Positions 28,816-37,458 of a stretch of DNA of 64,000 nucleotides are shown piece after piece (the stretch's first letter is position 1; the number at the start of each line of letters is the position of its first letter). A program made the position numbers and the translations under genes. The notes below the pieces were generated by a model. It was given only the letters and a program-made list of their open reading frames with translations. It did no database searches and had not been told where the DNA came from. This DNA comes from Minisyncoccota bacterium (GTDB lineage: Bacteria; Patescibacteriota; Minisyncoccia; Phycocordibacterales; GWA1-40-21): assembly GCA_041664585.1 (NCBI GenBank), contig JBAYKL010000002.1, positions 13,494-77,493 of the forward strand, in the 5' to 3' direction.

Positions 28816-29280
28816 ATGGAAATTATAAACTTTATCGCAAATAACGCCATGACATTTTTAACTGCAATAACAGTATTTATCCTTTTCTATTATACTAGAG
28901 AAACATATTTATTAAGAAAAGAGTCTCAAAAACAGACTCAGATACAATTTACCCCATATCTTTCTTTAAGAAATTTAGATAGCGGTGCAACCTTATCGAA
29001 TCTTGGAAAAGGGATTGCATTACATATTCAAGTTGATCCATCTATCCAAATTGAATCCCAATTGATTCTATTAATTCCTTCAATAGGAGCGGGGGAAGAT
29101 AGAATTTTATATTCTATGTCGAAGAACGGGGATGGTGCCTGGGGTTTAATAACAAGGCAGCTTCCTGATGAAGTAGGTATTACATACTCAGATATTCTAG
29201 GTAACAATTATAAAGCCTCATTCTCAAGAGAATATAAAGGTATGGGTGTTTTCAAAGAGGTAAAACAGAATAAATTATAG
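28816..29280 (+). CDS. hypothetical membrane-anchored protein (island gene C)
   Basis: N-terminal TM; a TATAAT sits 6 nt upstream of the ATG (leaderless-type start). Confidence 0.45.
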   Translation: MEIINFIANNAMTFLTAITVFILFYYTRETYLLRKESQKQTQIQFTPYLSLRNLDSGATLSNLGKGIALHIQVDPSIQIESQLILLIPSIGAGEDRILYSMSKNGDGAWGLITRQLPDEVGITYSDILGNNYKASFSREYKGMGVFKEVKQNKL

Positions 29281-29359
29281 CTTTTTTAGTGCGCTCAAGT
29301 TGCGTCGTTTTAATATACTAAGATTAGCTTAAACTGCCTTACAGGGCTTAGCCGACAAC

Positions 29360-29381
29360 GGTTCCGACACGAGTCCCCCAG
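29360..29381 (+). repeat. degenerate copy of the tRNA-Gln 3' end (possible att remnant)
   Basis: ggttccgacacgagtcccccag matches the tRNA-Gln 3' end ggttcgagtccctgtcccccag at 16 of 22 positions, with both ends matching. Confidence 0.3.
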
Positions 29382-29422
29382 CAAAGAAAATTTTAGGAGG
29401 AATTTAAAATAAAAAGATAATA

Positions 29423-29448
29423 AAAAAGGCACACAAATTTGTGTGCCG
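29423..29448 (-). terminator. intrinsic terminator for the minus-strand gene ending at 29449
   Basis: ggcacacaaatttgtgtgcc hairpin with a T-run on the minus strand. Confidence 0.6.
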
Positions 29449-29925
29449 TCATGTGCTTAGGTTTCGAAGAAGGGCCCTCATACGCCTTCCTTCTTCTATC
29501 TTGAATGATAAATCATTGCCCGATAAGCCCATTTTAAGTCCCCACAGTTGATCCCAAGCAACAGACTCTTCTTCAGATCCAGACGGTGCATCCTTATATG
29601 CTTCCTCAGCATCTTCTAGAATTTCTCTTCTAGTTTTTGATCTGCCAAGAAAATTTAGTTCAACACCAAGATTTTGTATTTCTTTTGGTTTAGATTTCTC
29701 ATCTTGTTGTTTAAGACTCTCAATCAAACGATGTCCGCGAAGGACACTGTTACAGAGTTCGTTATTACTTTCACGAACTATATCATCCAAACTACGAGTT
29801 GGACCAATTGGCCAAATATGTCCACATGGTGCTCCACTCATGGCAACCTCCCTTTTAAAATTGTTTAAAGAACCCCTACTTATATTTAATGCTACAACAA
29901 AAAATACACTAGTCAAATCATCCAC
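29449..29925 (-). CDS. hypothetical protein (GC-elevated)
   Basis: 158-aa ORF; real start may be the internal MSGAPCGH. Confidence 0.4.
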   Translation of the reverse strand: MDDLTSVFFVVALNISRGSLNNFKREVAMSGAPCGHIWPIGPTRSLDDIVRESNNELCNSVLRGHRLIESLKQQDEKSKPKEIQNLGVELNFLGRSKTRREILEDAEEAYKDAPSGSEEESVAWDQLWGLKMGLSGNDLSFKIEEGRRMRALLRNLST

Positions 29926-30014
29926 AAACTTTTGCTATAAGAAAAGGCTCGACCAGATAAATCTGGAAGAGCCTTGTTTTTGCAAAGTGGACAATATTTA
30001 TTCATTAGTGAAGG

Positions 30015-30215
30015 TTACTTGCGGGTATCGAAGCCTGTCTCACCAAGATTACCTTCCCTGTCCACATCTTGGAAAATCTTTATAGACCTGCCTCCTTCGT
30101 GTACTTTTTGCACCAAAGGATGATCATACTTTCCATCCTTAAAGTGCCCAGAAACGTGCATCCGATCTATTATAGGTGTACTCATGACGCCCTCCTTTTT
30201 AGGGTTGCTTCCCAA
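30015..30215 (-). CDS. small hypothetical protein (GC-elevated)
   Basis: 56-66 aa; lies between an NTase-domain gene and the downstream gene. Confidence 0.3.
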   Translation of the reverse strand: MGSNPKKEGVMSTPIIDRMHVSGHFKDGKYDHPLVQKVHEGGRSIKIFQDVDREGNLGETGFDTRK

Positions 30216-30239
30216 ACGATTTGGAAAGAACTTGTTCAG

Positions 30240-30872
30240 TTATAATCCTACAATAAGTCTTAGATCCGTCAACATTTTCCTTGTGTCAGTAAATGCTTTC
30301 AGAACTTCAGACTCGTGAATATGCTTGCTGTTCTTGTATTTATATCGAAATTCCCTTATCCACAGACCGTCTTTACTAGACAATATGTCCTTGAATAAGA
30401 CAACATCGTTCCCACCCCAATACCTAAATGCATATAGAGAGTAGGAATAAACAAAGTTTAGAATATTCAGCGCGTTAGGAAACCTCCCATCATAGGCAGC
30501 ACTAGTTGCCCACTCATAAAAAGTTTCAGCACGCTTTAAAAGATACATTGGTACTTTATTGTGTACCCTTGTAGCAAGTAAACTTTCTCTGTCTTGATCT
30601 ATAGATCCAAAAATTCCTTCACCAGTTAATAACGGTTCAGTAATAAGTGGATCTAAGTTTTCAATCAAAGGAGATACTAATGACCGACTCAAGAAAGCAA
30701 TATCTAATTGTTCATAAAAAAACCCGCCATACTTATCATCGTTGTCTTTCAGGACAACAAACAGATCGGTATCTTTTCCTTTTCTGTTTCCATACCAGGT
30801 TACAGATTCTATCTGCTCCATAGGTATTACCGAAAACAAAACAGGAAGTATCTTATCATTTTTCATAACCAA
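30240..30872 (-). CDS. nucleotidyltransferase-domain protein (Pol-beta superfamily) with helical C-terminal domain
   Basis: WYGNRKGKDTDLFVVL fits the minimal NTase hG[GS]...DxD motif; 210 aa. Confidence 0.45.
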   Translation of the reverse strand: MVMKNDKILPVLFSVIPMEQIESVTWYGNRKGKDTDLFVVLKDNDDKYGGFFYEQLDIAFLSRSLVSPLIENLDPLITEPLLTGEGIFGSIDQDRESLLATRVHNKVPMYLLKRAETFYEWATSAAYDGRFPNALNILNFVYSYSLYAFRYWGGNDVVLFKDILSSKDGLWIREFRYKYKNSKHIHESEVLKAFTDTRKMLTDLRLIVGL

Positions 30873-30952
30873 CTCCTTTCAAAGTTCAAATTCTTTTATA
30901 ACCCTACAATATAGATCTGGAAATAGCAACGACTTCTATACTAACCAATAAA

Positions 30953-31393
30953 TCACTTCCCCATCACAAAATCAAAAATAGCTTTTGCATTTTTACCCAT
31001 AACTGGCAACCTATCTAACTCATACCAATTTGCTTCAGCGATTTCTTTCCCATCAATATGTATTTCTGAATTATCTATATCTTCTTTAAATATAGATAAC
31101 GTATCTTTTTTATATTCATGTTCGAAATGAAGATCTCCAACATATTCTGGTTTCTGTAATTGAATACCAACTTCTTCTTTGCACTCACGAATTATTGCAT
31201 CATTAATATTTTCATTTTCATGAACTCCGCCGCCAGGAAATGTCCAGGTATTTGGATAGTAAGTTAAACGTACCATAAGAATCCTATTTTGATTAAACAG
31301 AATTACTTTTACACCCTTTGTTTTAGGACGAATAAAAAACCAATACGCTCTGTGAAGTTTATTTATAAATACCGCCAAAGTAATATTTCTCAT
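30953..31393 (-). CDS. NUDIX hydrolase
   Basis: canonical Nudix box GGGVHENENINDAIIRECKEEVGI; start may be upstream, at 31474. Confidence 0.75.
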   Translation of the reverse strand: MRNITLAVFINKLHRAYWFFIRPKTKGVKVILFNQNRILMVRLTYYPNTWTFPGGGVHENENINDAIIRECKEEVGIQLQKPEYVGDLHFEHEYKKDTLSIFKEDIDNSEIHIDGKEIAEANWYELDRLPVMGKNAKAIFDFVMGK

Positions 31394-31499
31394 ACTGGGA
31401 TTATAACATTGTTTTAAAACCACGCATTTGACAAGCGTGACTTTATATATTAATATAGTAAGTAGGGACAACAAACAAGAACCTTGAAAGGAATTTCTG

Positions 31500-32081
31500 A
31501 TGTCGACAAAAATTATACATATCAGTGATGAATTCAGAGAAAATCTGGAATTGCCAGTGGATGGTCCATGCTATGAGCTAGCGATAGCTCTGCATCGTGG
31601 ACTAGGCTGGCCGCTTGTTGGTTTACTTGATAAATCATCGGTAAATCAAAAATGGCGGCACGCAGCAGTCAAAACCCCAGAAAGTGGCCTTTGGGATGCC
31701 AGAGGGTTGATTACTGAAAAAGAATTCGGGAAACCATTTCCAGAAATCGACTCGCCGTATGTAATCATGGATATCAGCGAAGATGATCTTCGTTCGATAA
31801 GGCCAGTTCGTGAAATTGCCATAGAAATAATCGCCAAAATAGCTGAGGCGCTATGGCCTGAGTTGCCATGGATAAATGGACAACAAAAGCGTTACAAGGA
31901 GTTTGCTGACGCATTAGAGGCTTTGTCCAGGAAATACGACTTATGGATCGGTGGTCCGGTACCAGGTTGTCCCCCAGCATTATTTGATGGTCGTGGTGAT
32001 AACCTGGAAAAAGGATATGCACTGGAACAAACCGCGGACGGACTAGGCTTCAGAATAGACCGCTACTTTGACAACATGTAG
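31500..32081 (+). CDS. hypothetical protein (GC-elevated)
   Basis: TTGACA-17-TAATAT promoter and AAAGGA RBS; 193 aa. Confidence 0.45.
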   Translation: MSTKIIHISDEFRENLELPVDGPCYELAIALHRGLGWPLVGLLDKSSVNQKWRHAAVKTPESGLWDARGLITEKEFGKPFPEIDSPYVIMDISEDDLRSIRPVREIAIEIIAKIAEALWPELPWINGQQKRYKEFADALEALSRKYDLWIGGPVPGCPPALFDGRGDNLEKGYALEQTADGLGFRIDRYFDNM

Positions 32082-32088
32082 CAAACAA

Positions 32089-32127
32089 CCGCTTGATAGT
32101 CATCTGACTTATCAAGCGGTTTTTTTA
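32089..32127 (+). terminator. intrinsic terminator
   Basis: aaccgcttgataagtcagatgactatcaagcggtt hairpin plus T-run. Confidence 0.65.
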
Positions 32128-32246
32128 TGTTCCACCTTCCAAAAACTTAATTTAGCGATATAATTAAGAAACTAACTAATTACACCAATGAGAATACAAA
32201 GATAAGACCACCTTTATAATTTTAACCGATCCGCATTGCGGAATCT

Positions 32247-33680
32247 TTGTATATGCATAACAAAAATCAACAATCTGTAATATTCTCTTGTAGCCACATC
32301 TCAAAGAAATTTGAGTTAATAGAAGTCTTAAAAGACATATCATTTACCATCTCCAAAAATGAAAAAGTCGGGTTAGTCGGTTCTAATGGTTCTGGTAAGA
32401 GTACCCTACTTAAAATAATAGCCAATCTTTTAGAAAAAGATTCTGGTACCATCTCCTATTCTAAAAAAATAAAAATTAAATATTTACCACAAATTCATAC
32501 GGAAGAAGAAAAATTGAGTGGTGGAGAAATTGCAAAAAAAATCCTATTGCCAATAATCTCATCTGACGCAGATTTATTCATTTTAGATGAACCAACGAAC
32601 AACTTAGATATAGATGGTCTAAATATGATTGAGAACTTTATTACAAAAAGCAATAAAGCTTTTTTGATAGTCTCTCACGACAGGATGTTCTTGGATAAAA
32701 TAGTAACTAAAATTATTGAAATTGATCTTAAAACAAAATCATCCTCTATATATGACGGAAACTATTCTGACTACATAAAACAAAGAGAGGAAAAAATCCT
32801 TTTGCAGTGGAAAGAGTATAAAGAAAAAATTGAAAAAACAGATAAAATAAACGGTAATATAGAATTGAAATCTGATTGGCTTAAAAATATAGAATCGAAG
32901 AAAAAAGGTAAGAAAGCAAAAGATGATGATTCTATAAATGTACACTGGAAAGGAGCTGATGGAAAAGCAGCAAGACGTCTCAAAGTAATGAAAAATAAAC
33001 TGGAAAGATTTGAGAAAGATGCAGAAGATATCAAAAAACCAATGCAGGGATTGCCACTTAAAGTGTCTTTTGATAATGAACATGGAAGTATAAAAGTGTT
33101 TGATCTTAAAGATATAGAAAAGAAGATTGGCAAACGAAAAATCGGCCCCATAAACTTACGTATACAATATGGAGACAAAATCCATATCATCGGCAAAAAT
33201 GGAACTGGAAAAACAACTCTACTAAAAATACTCGTTGGGGAATTACAGACTGATTCTGGAATCATTGAAAAAGGAGAAAATATAAAAGTCGGATATATCT
33301 CACAAGAAAGATGGCTAACTAGACCAAACAAAACAGTAATAGAGGAATTTTTAGAAACAACAAAAATATCAGAGACCGAAGCAAGAAAAATACTTCATAG
33401 ATTTAGAATTACCACAGAGGATGTAAATAAACATCTTTCATTAATAAGTCCTGGGGAATATTCTCGTCTTATAATCGCCGAACTATTAGCCACGAAACCA
33501 AACTGTATAATATTAGACGAACCAACAAACCATCTCGATTTGGAAGTAACCGAAGAACTAGAGAATGGACTAAAAGACTACAAAGGAACTCTCATAATAG
33601 TAAGCCATGATAGATACTTTCTAGAAAAACAAAAGATCAATAGAGTTTTTGATCTAAATATTAATTCAATTAGATTATAA
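32247..33680 (+). CDS. ABC-F family ATPase (second copy)
   Basis: Walker A sites GSNGSGKST and GKNGTGKTT; signatures LSGGE and LSPGE; two NBDs separated by a charged linker. Confidence 0.8.
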   Translation: MYMHNKNQQSVIFSCSHISKKFELIEVLKDISFTISKNEKVGLVGSNGSGKSTLLKIIANLLEKDSGTISYSKKIKIKYLPQIHTEEEKLSGGEIAKKILLPIISSDADLFILDEPTNNLDIDGLNMIENFITKSNKAFLIVSHDRMFLDKIVTKIIEIDLKTKSSSIYDGNYSDYIKQREEKILLQWKEYKEKIEKTDKINGNIELKSDWLKNIESKKKGKKAKDDDSINVHWKGADGKAARRLKVMKNKLERFEKDAEDIKKPMQGLPLKVSFDNEHGSIKVFDLKDIEKKIGKRKIGPINLRIQYGDKIHIIGKNGTGKTTLLKILVGELQTDSGIIEKGENIKVGYISQERWLTRPNKTVIEEFLETTKISETEARKILHRFRITTEDVNKHLSLISPGEYSRLIIAELLATKPNCIILDEPTNHLDLEVTEELENGLKDYKGTLIIVSHDRYFLEKQKINRVFDLNINSIRL

Positions 33681-33683
33681 AAT

Positions 33684-34778
33684 ATGCCCATACAAATAAG
33701 TAATTCGATTCAATCTACGTATATATTTATATCAATACTTATTATTGGAATAATATTAACCTTCCGAAAAAAGACCACGAAAGGACTCTCTGTAAATCTA
33801 ACCCAGGAACTAAAAGGTTTTGCTATTCTTACAATTGTCTTCGCACACATCGGTTACTATTTAGTAAGCGACAATCAATTTCTATTCCCTCTCACTATAG
33901 CTGCCGGTGTAGGAGTTAATCTATTTTTATTTCTTTCTGGTTACGGGCTAGCGGTAAGTGCCATGTCAAAAGAAACATCGATACCACAGTTCTACTTGCG
34001 CAGATTGCCTAAACTATATATACCAATGTGGTGTACGGTTTTTTTCTTCTTAATATTAGATTTCTTTCTCTTAGACAGAATTTACAGTCTCAGTTATATT
34101 GGTCAAACTCTTTTAGGTTTTTTCCCTCGTGCCGATCTTTTTCTGGATATCAATTCACCCCTTTGGTATTTCACCCTTATTATCTTCTACTACTTACTAT
34201 TCCCCATCACTTTTTATCGTAAGAAACCTTGGCTATCGGGAATCTTTTTGCTTACTATGAGCTACCTGGTGGTACTTTGGAACCCAGCTTTTCTTAATCA
34301 GGTCACGCATTTGTATAAATTACATGTCATAGCCTTCCCGCTTGGAGTTTTTATTGCCAGCCTAGTTTTTAAATACAAAGACAGGTTAAAAGAAATTTTA
34401 CAAAAAACCGAATATCTAAAACTTTTTAAGAAAATAATATACTGGTGTTTCGTTGGATTATTAATCTGGATAATCTCTTATACAGCATATCATTCAAATG
34501 TAGGAAATAATTATTGGCTAGAACAAGCGACTAGTATACTAACATGTGGAGCAATTATAATCTTATTCTTAATTTCAAAACTAGAAAACCGTTTACTTTA
34601 TTTATTTGGTGTATATTCCTATGAAATATATCTGATACATTGGCCTCTCATGTCTCGTTTTGATATTTTTTACCAGTTCCTACCATCTTGGCTTGCGACT
34701 TTAGCATATCTCGGAATATTTGTTGCGATTAGTTGGTTTATAAAAAAATGCAGGACAATCTCTACAAAGAAAGTCTGA
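33684..34778 (+). CDS. acyltransferase family 3 membrane protein
   Basis: about 10 TM; LKGFAILTIVFAHIGYY is typical of the Acyl_transf_3 family. Confidence 0.65.
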   Translation: MPIQISNSIQSTYIFISILIIGIILTFRKKTTKGLSVNLTQELKGFAILTIVFAHIGYYLVSDNQFLFPLTIAAGVGVNLFLFLSGYGLAVSAMSKETSIPQFYLRRLPKLYIPMWCTVFFFLILDFFLLDRIYSLSYIGQTLLGFFPRADLFLDINSPLWYFTLIIFYYLLFPITFYRKKPWLSGIFLLTMSYLVVLWNPAFLNQVTHLYKLHVIAFPLGVFIASLVFKYKDRLKEILQKTEYLKLFKKIIYWCFVGLLIWIISYTAYHSNVGNNYWLEQATSILTCGAIIILFLISKLENRLLYLFGVYSYEIYLIHWPLMSRFDIFYQFLPSWLATLAYLGIFVAISWFIKKCRTISTKKV

Positions 34779-34883
34779 GAGGAATAACACCCTTACAAAG
34801 TTTTGTATTTTATTGTATAATTATAGGCAGTAACCGCCCTAGTCAGACCCTTACTATATTTATAAATTAACTACTTAATAATT

Positions 34884-35525
34884 ATGAAAATAAAATTAAT
34901 TATTTTATCACTCTCTTTGATACTCAGTGGCACAATAATATCAAAAGCTCTCGCTGGTCAAAATGGTGGGGATGATAATAGAAATACATCAACTTCATGG
35001 ACAAATGATGATGATAGAGATGGAGACAGAAACTCAACTTCATCCAGAGAAGAAGATGATGATAGATTTTCGACATCAACAGCTACTTCTACTAGAGAAG
35101 ATAATAAAATTGGAGAAGAACACAGAAGCGAAATTGCAAATTTTATTAAATCTCTTTTAAAAGTAGCCGACAGGAATGAAGGCATCGGTGAAAAAGTAAG
35201 AGTTATGGCGAGAGAACAAGCCAGCTCTAGTGATAAGGTGGCAGAGGCAATAAATACAATAGAAAAACGCAGCAACCTCAAGACGTTTTTAATTGGAACC
35301 GATTATAAAAATATAGGTAAAATCAGAAGCGAAATAGCACAAACAAGAAATAAAATTGATGAGTTAAATAAAGATTTAGCTAAATTATCTACATCAACAG
35401 ATAAAACCACTATAGAAAATGAAATGAAATCTCTAGAAACTTCACAGGAAAAAATAGAAGATTTTATGAAAAAGAACGAAAGCAGATTTAGTCTATTCGG
35501 TTGGTTTGTAAAACTATTTCAGTAG
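34884..35525 (+). CDS. secreted hypothetical protein with acidic low-complexity N-terminus
   Basis: signal peptide, D/N/S/T-rich stretch, then a helical C-terminal domain. Confidence 0.45.
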   Translation: MKIKLIILSLSLILSGTIISKALAGQNGGDDNRNTSTSWTNDDDRDGDRNSTSSREEDDDRFSTSTATSTREDNKIGEEHRSEIANFIKSLLKVADRNEGIGEKVRVMAREQASSSDKVAEAINTIEKRSNLKTFLIGTDYKNIGKIRSEIAQTRNKIDELNKDLAKLSTSTDKTTIENEMKSLETSQEKIEDFMKKNESRFSLFGWFVKLFQ

Positions 35526-35582
35526 AAATTAAAAGTCTTCATGCTATAATACTTTTATTATTAGAAGGATAATCAAATAAAA

Positions 35583-35645
35583 ATGGCAAAAGGAAACAAC
35601 TCAAGAAAGAAGGAAACAAAGAAACCGAAGAAAGCTAAGAAATAA
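35583..35645 (+). CDS. possible 20-aa lysine-rich micro-ORF
   Basis: MAKGNNSRKKETKKPKKAKK followed directly by a strong terminator; weak RBS. Confidence 0.15.
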   Translation: MAKGNNSRKKETKKPKKAKK

Positions 35646-35652
35646 TAAAATA

Positions 35653-35682
35653 AAAAACACCCGCTGACCGGGTGTTTTTTTA
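35653..35682. terminator. bidirectional intrinsic terminator
   Basis: aaaaaacacccgctgaccgggtgttttttt. Confidence 0.7.
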
Positions 35683-36714
35683 TTCTGCTTTTATAAGTTT
35701 TGACAAAACCAATTCCAATGGAAGTTCAGGAATATAGGCCTTCGCCACCATATCGTAATAAGACAAAAGAATAAGTAATGTTTCCGAATTAATCTTTGAT
35801 GGTTTTTTTTCAGCTAATTCTTTCAAGAACTTGAAATCTGTATCCGTCATTTCTTCTTGTAACTTCCCTTCTGAACTCTTAAGATTCCTTAAAAGCAGAA
35901 CCCATCTCATTTTATGAAGCACAAGTTTAAAATACAAAAGCATATCGATATTAGAATCAGAAGCTTTTGTGACCGCATTCATTCCTAGTTCTAAGTTATT
36001 TTCATCTATTGCTCTCAGAAAATCATTTACCAACTCACCCTTAGGTGCGCCTGTCACAATTTCAACTTCTTCTACAGAAATCTTTTTATCTTTTGATGAT
36101 CCAATTATTTTTTGTAGGATACTTTGCGCATCTCTAAAAGATCCGTCCCCAAGAAGTGCGACTAAATCCGCAGAGGCTGGTTCAAGAATAAAACCTTCTT
36201 TCTTTGCTATATTTATAGCAACATCTCTAAGTACTTTATGTGTAGGTTTTTTGAATAGAAAGCACTGACATCTAGAAACAATGGTCTCAGGTATTTTGTT
36301 TACTTCTGTTGTAGCAAGTATAAAAACGACGTGTTTAGGTGGTTCTTCAAGGGTTTTTAAAAGTGCATTCCAAGCAGACTTAGAAAGCATATGGGCCTCG
36401 TCTAATATATAAACTTTGTATTCTGATTCAAAAGGAAGGGTGCTTATAGATTCATTAAGTGCTCTAATATCATCTACACCAGTATTTGAAGCGGCATCTA
36501 TTTCAGTAATATCATTTGCACTTGTACCAATTTCTTTTGCAAAAATTCTAGCGATACTCGTCTTACCAGTACCACGAGAACCAGAAAAGATATATGCATG
36601 AAAAACGTTTCCGAGATCAATAGAAGATTCCAAAACCTTTACGATATGATCTTGACCAAGGACTTCCTTAAAAGCCTGGGGACGATATTTACGATAGTAT
36701 GCTGTTTCTTGCAT
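35680..36714 (-). CDS. dnaX: DNA polymerase III subunit gamma/tau (short form)
   Basis: AAA+ clamp-loader motifs LGQDHIVKVL and FSGSRGTGKTS; 344 aa. Confidence 0.85.
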   Translation of the reverse strand: MQETAYYRKYRPQAFKEVLGQDHIVKVLESSIDLGNVFHAYIFSGSRGTGKTSIARIFAKEIGTSANDITEIDAASNTGVDDIRALNESISTLPFESEYKVYILDEAHMLSKSAWNALLKTLEEPPKHVVFILATTEVNKIPETIVSRCQCFLFKKPTHKVLRDVAINIAKKEGFILEPASADLVALLGDGSFRDAQSILQKIIGSSKDKKISVEEVEIVTGAPKGELVNDFLRAIDENNLELGMNAVTKASDSNIDMLLYFKLVLHKMRWVLLLRNLKSSEGKLQEEMTDTDFKFLKELAEKKPSKINSETLLILLSYYDMVAKAYIPELPLELVLSKLIKAE

Positions 36715-36729
36715 AAAGAGATTATAGCA

Positions 36730-37440
36730 TCAGATATAAAAATGGGAAATAAAAAAAGGCCATTATGCCACGAGCGAACTCGGGGCATAATAGCCAATGA
36801 ACTTAAAACTTTTTTTATTAAGTTAGCTTAAGCAGAAGTCTAGCCCCAACGTTTCCTGAGATTACTCTCAAGCTCTAATTAGGGTGCAAGGCTTATACCT
36901 CCTTTCATGATACCGGAATTTCTTGGCCGTCACGGTCGTAGTTACCTTGTCGGGATTTTTGGACCGTAAAGCGCAGGCCGGCAGCCGAGTTAGGCGCCGA
37001 TGCAGGCAGTTTTTGCTTTAGTTACTACAGATTTACGGCGAATCGTCGGGGGACCAGTTTTCATGCGAAGGTTCTCCTTCTTGTTTAACTTACTTATTAT
37101 ATTTAGCAGAAGAGTACCTCTCCTCTGCTTTGCAGGTGATGTCGGCGCAATATCTTTCGCGCGCCAATAACCACCAAAATTCAAAGAACAAAAAAGTGAG
37201 ATGGTTACCAGTGATTCCTTACTTATTTTTTCCCTTAACGGCGCCAAAAACATCGGGGCGCGACAGCCAGAAACATGTCTCCCAACGAAATCTCGCTCAT
37301 CGCGGATTGTTTCGTCATAGACAAGACCCAAACTGTAACGGGATACGGGAACCTACTGGTAACCAACTCTGCATAGAAAGTTATCACACTATTACTAGTT
37401 TGTCAACTGTTTTTCGATTTTCTTTTTTATATTCCTAAAA
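36730..37440. ncRNA. GC-rich non-coding block upstream of dnaX (candidate structured RNA or RNAs; identity unresolved)
   Basis: about 700 nt, with local GC near 55-60 percent by eye; only non-protein-like ORFs; many stable stems; in a position where ffs/SRP RNA often precedes dnaX. Confidence 0.35.
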
Positions 37441-37458
37441 TAGCTATATTTATAGCCG

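Noticed and set aside
29449-29925. Calling the 29449 ORF a HEPN toxin partner of the NTase-domain gene
   Set aside because: No Rx4-6H motif is present (LRGHRLIE lacks the second His), so a HEPN/MNT pair assignment is not supported
36730-37000. Assigning the dnaX-upstream block specifically to SRP RNA or RNase P RNA
   Set aside because: Only weak partial resemblance was found by eye (AGAAAUUCCGGUAUC versus the RNase P P4 consensus; CAGGCCGGCAGCC versus SRP helix 8). The GGAA tetraloop and GGAAAGUCCGGGC motifs are not present, so it is kept as an unidentified candidate ncRNA
36990-37438. Overlapping opposite-strand ORFs (113 aa and 102 aa) inside the GC-rich block upstream of dnaX
   Set aside because: Amino-acid composition is not protein-like, neither has an RBS, and they overlap each other. 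They are better explained as chance ORFs in a GC-rich structured-RNA region
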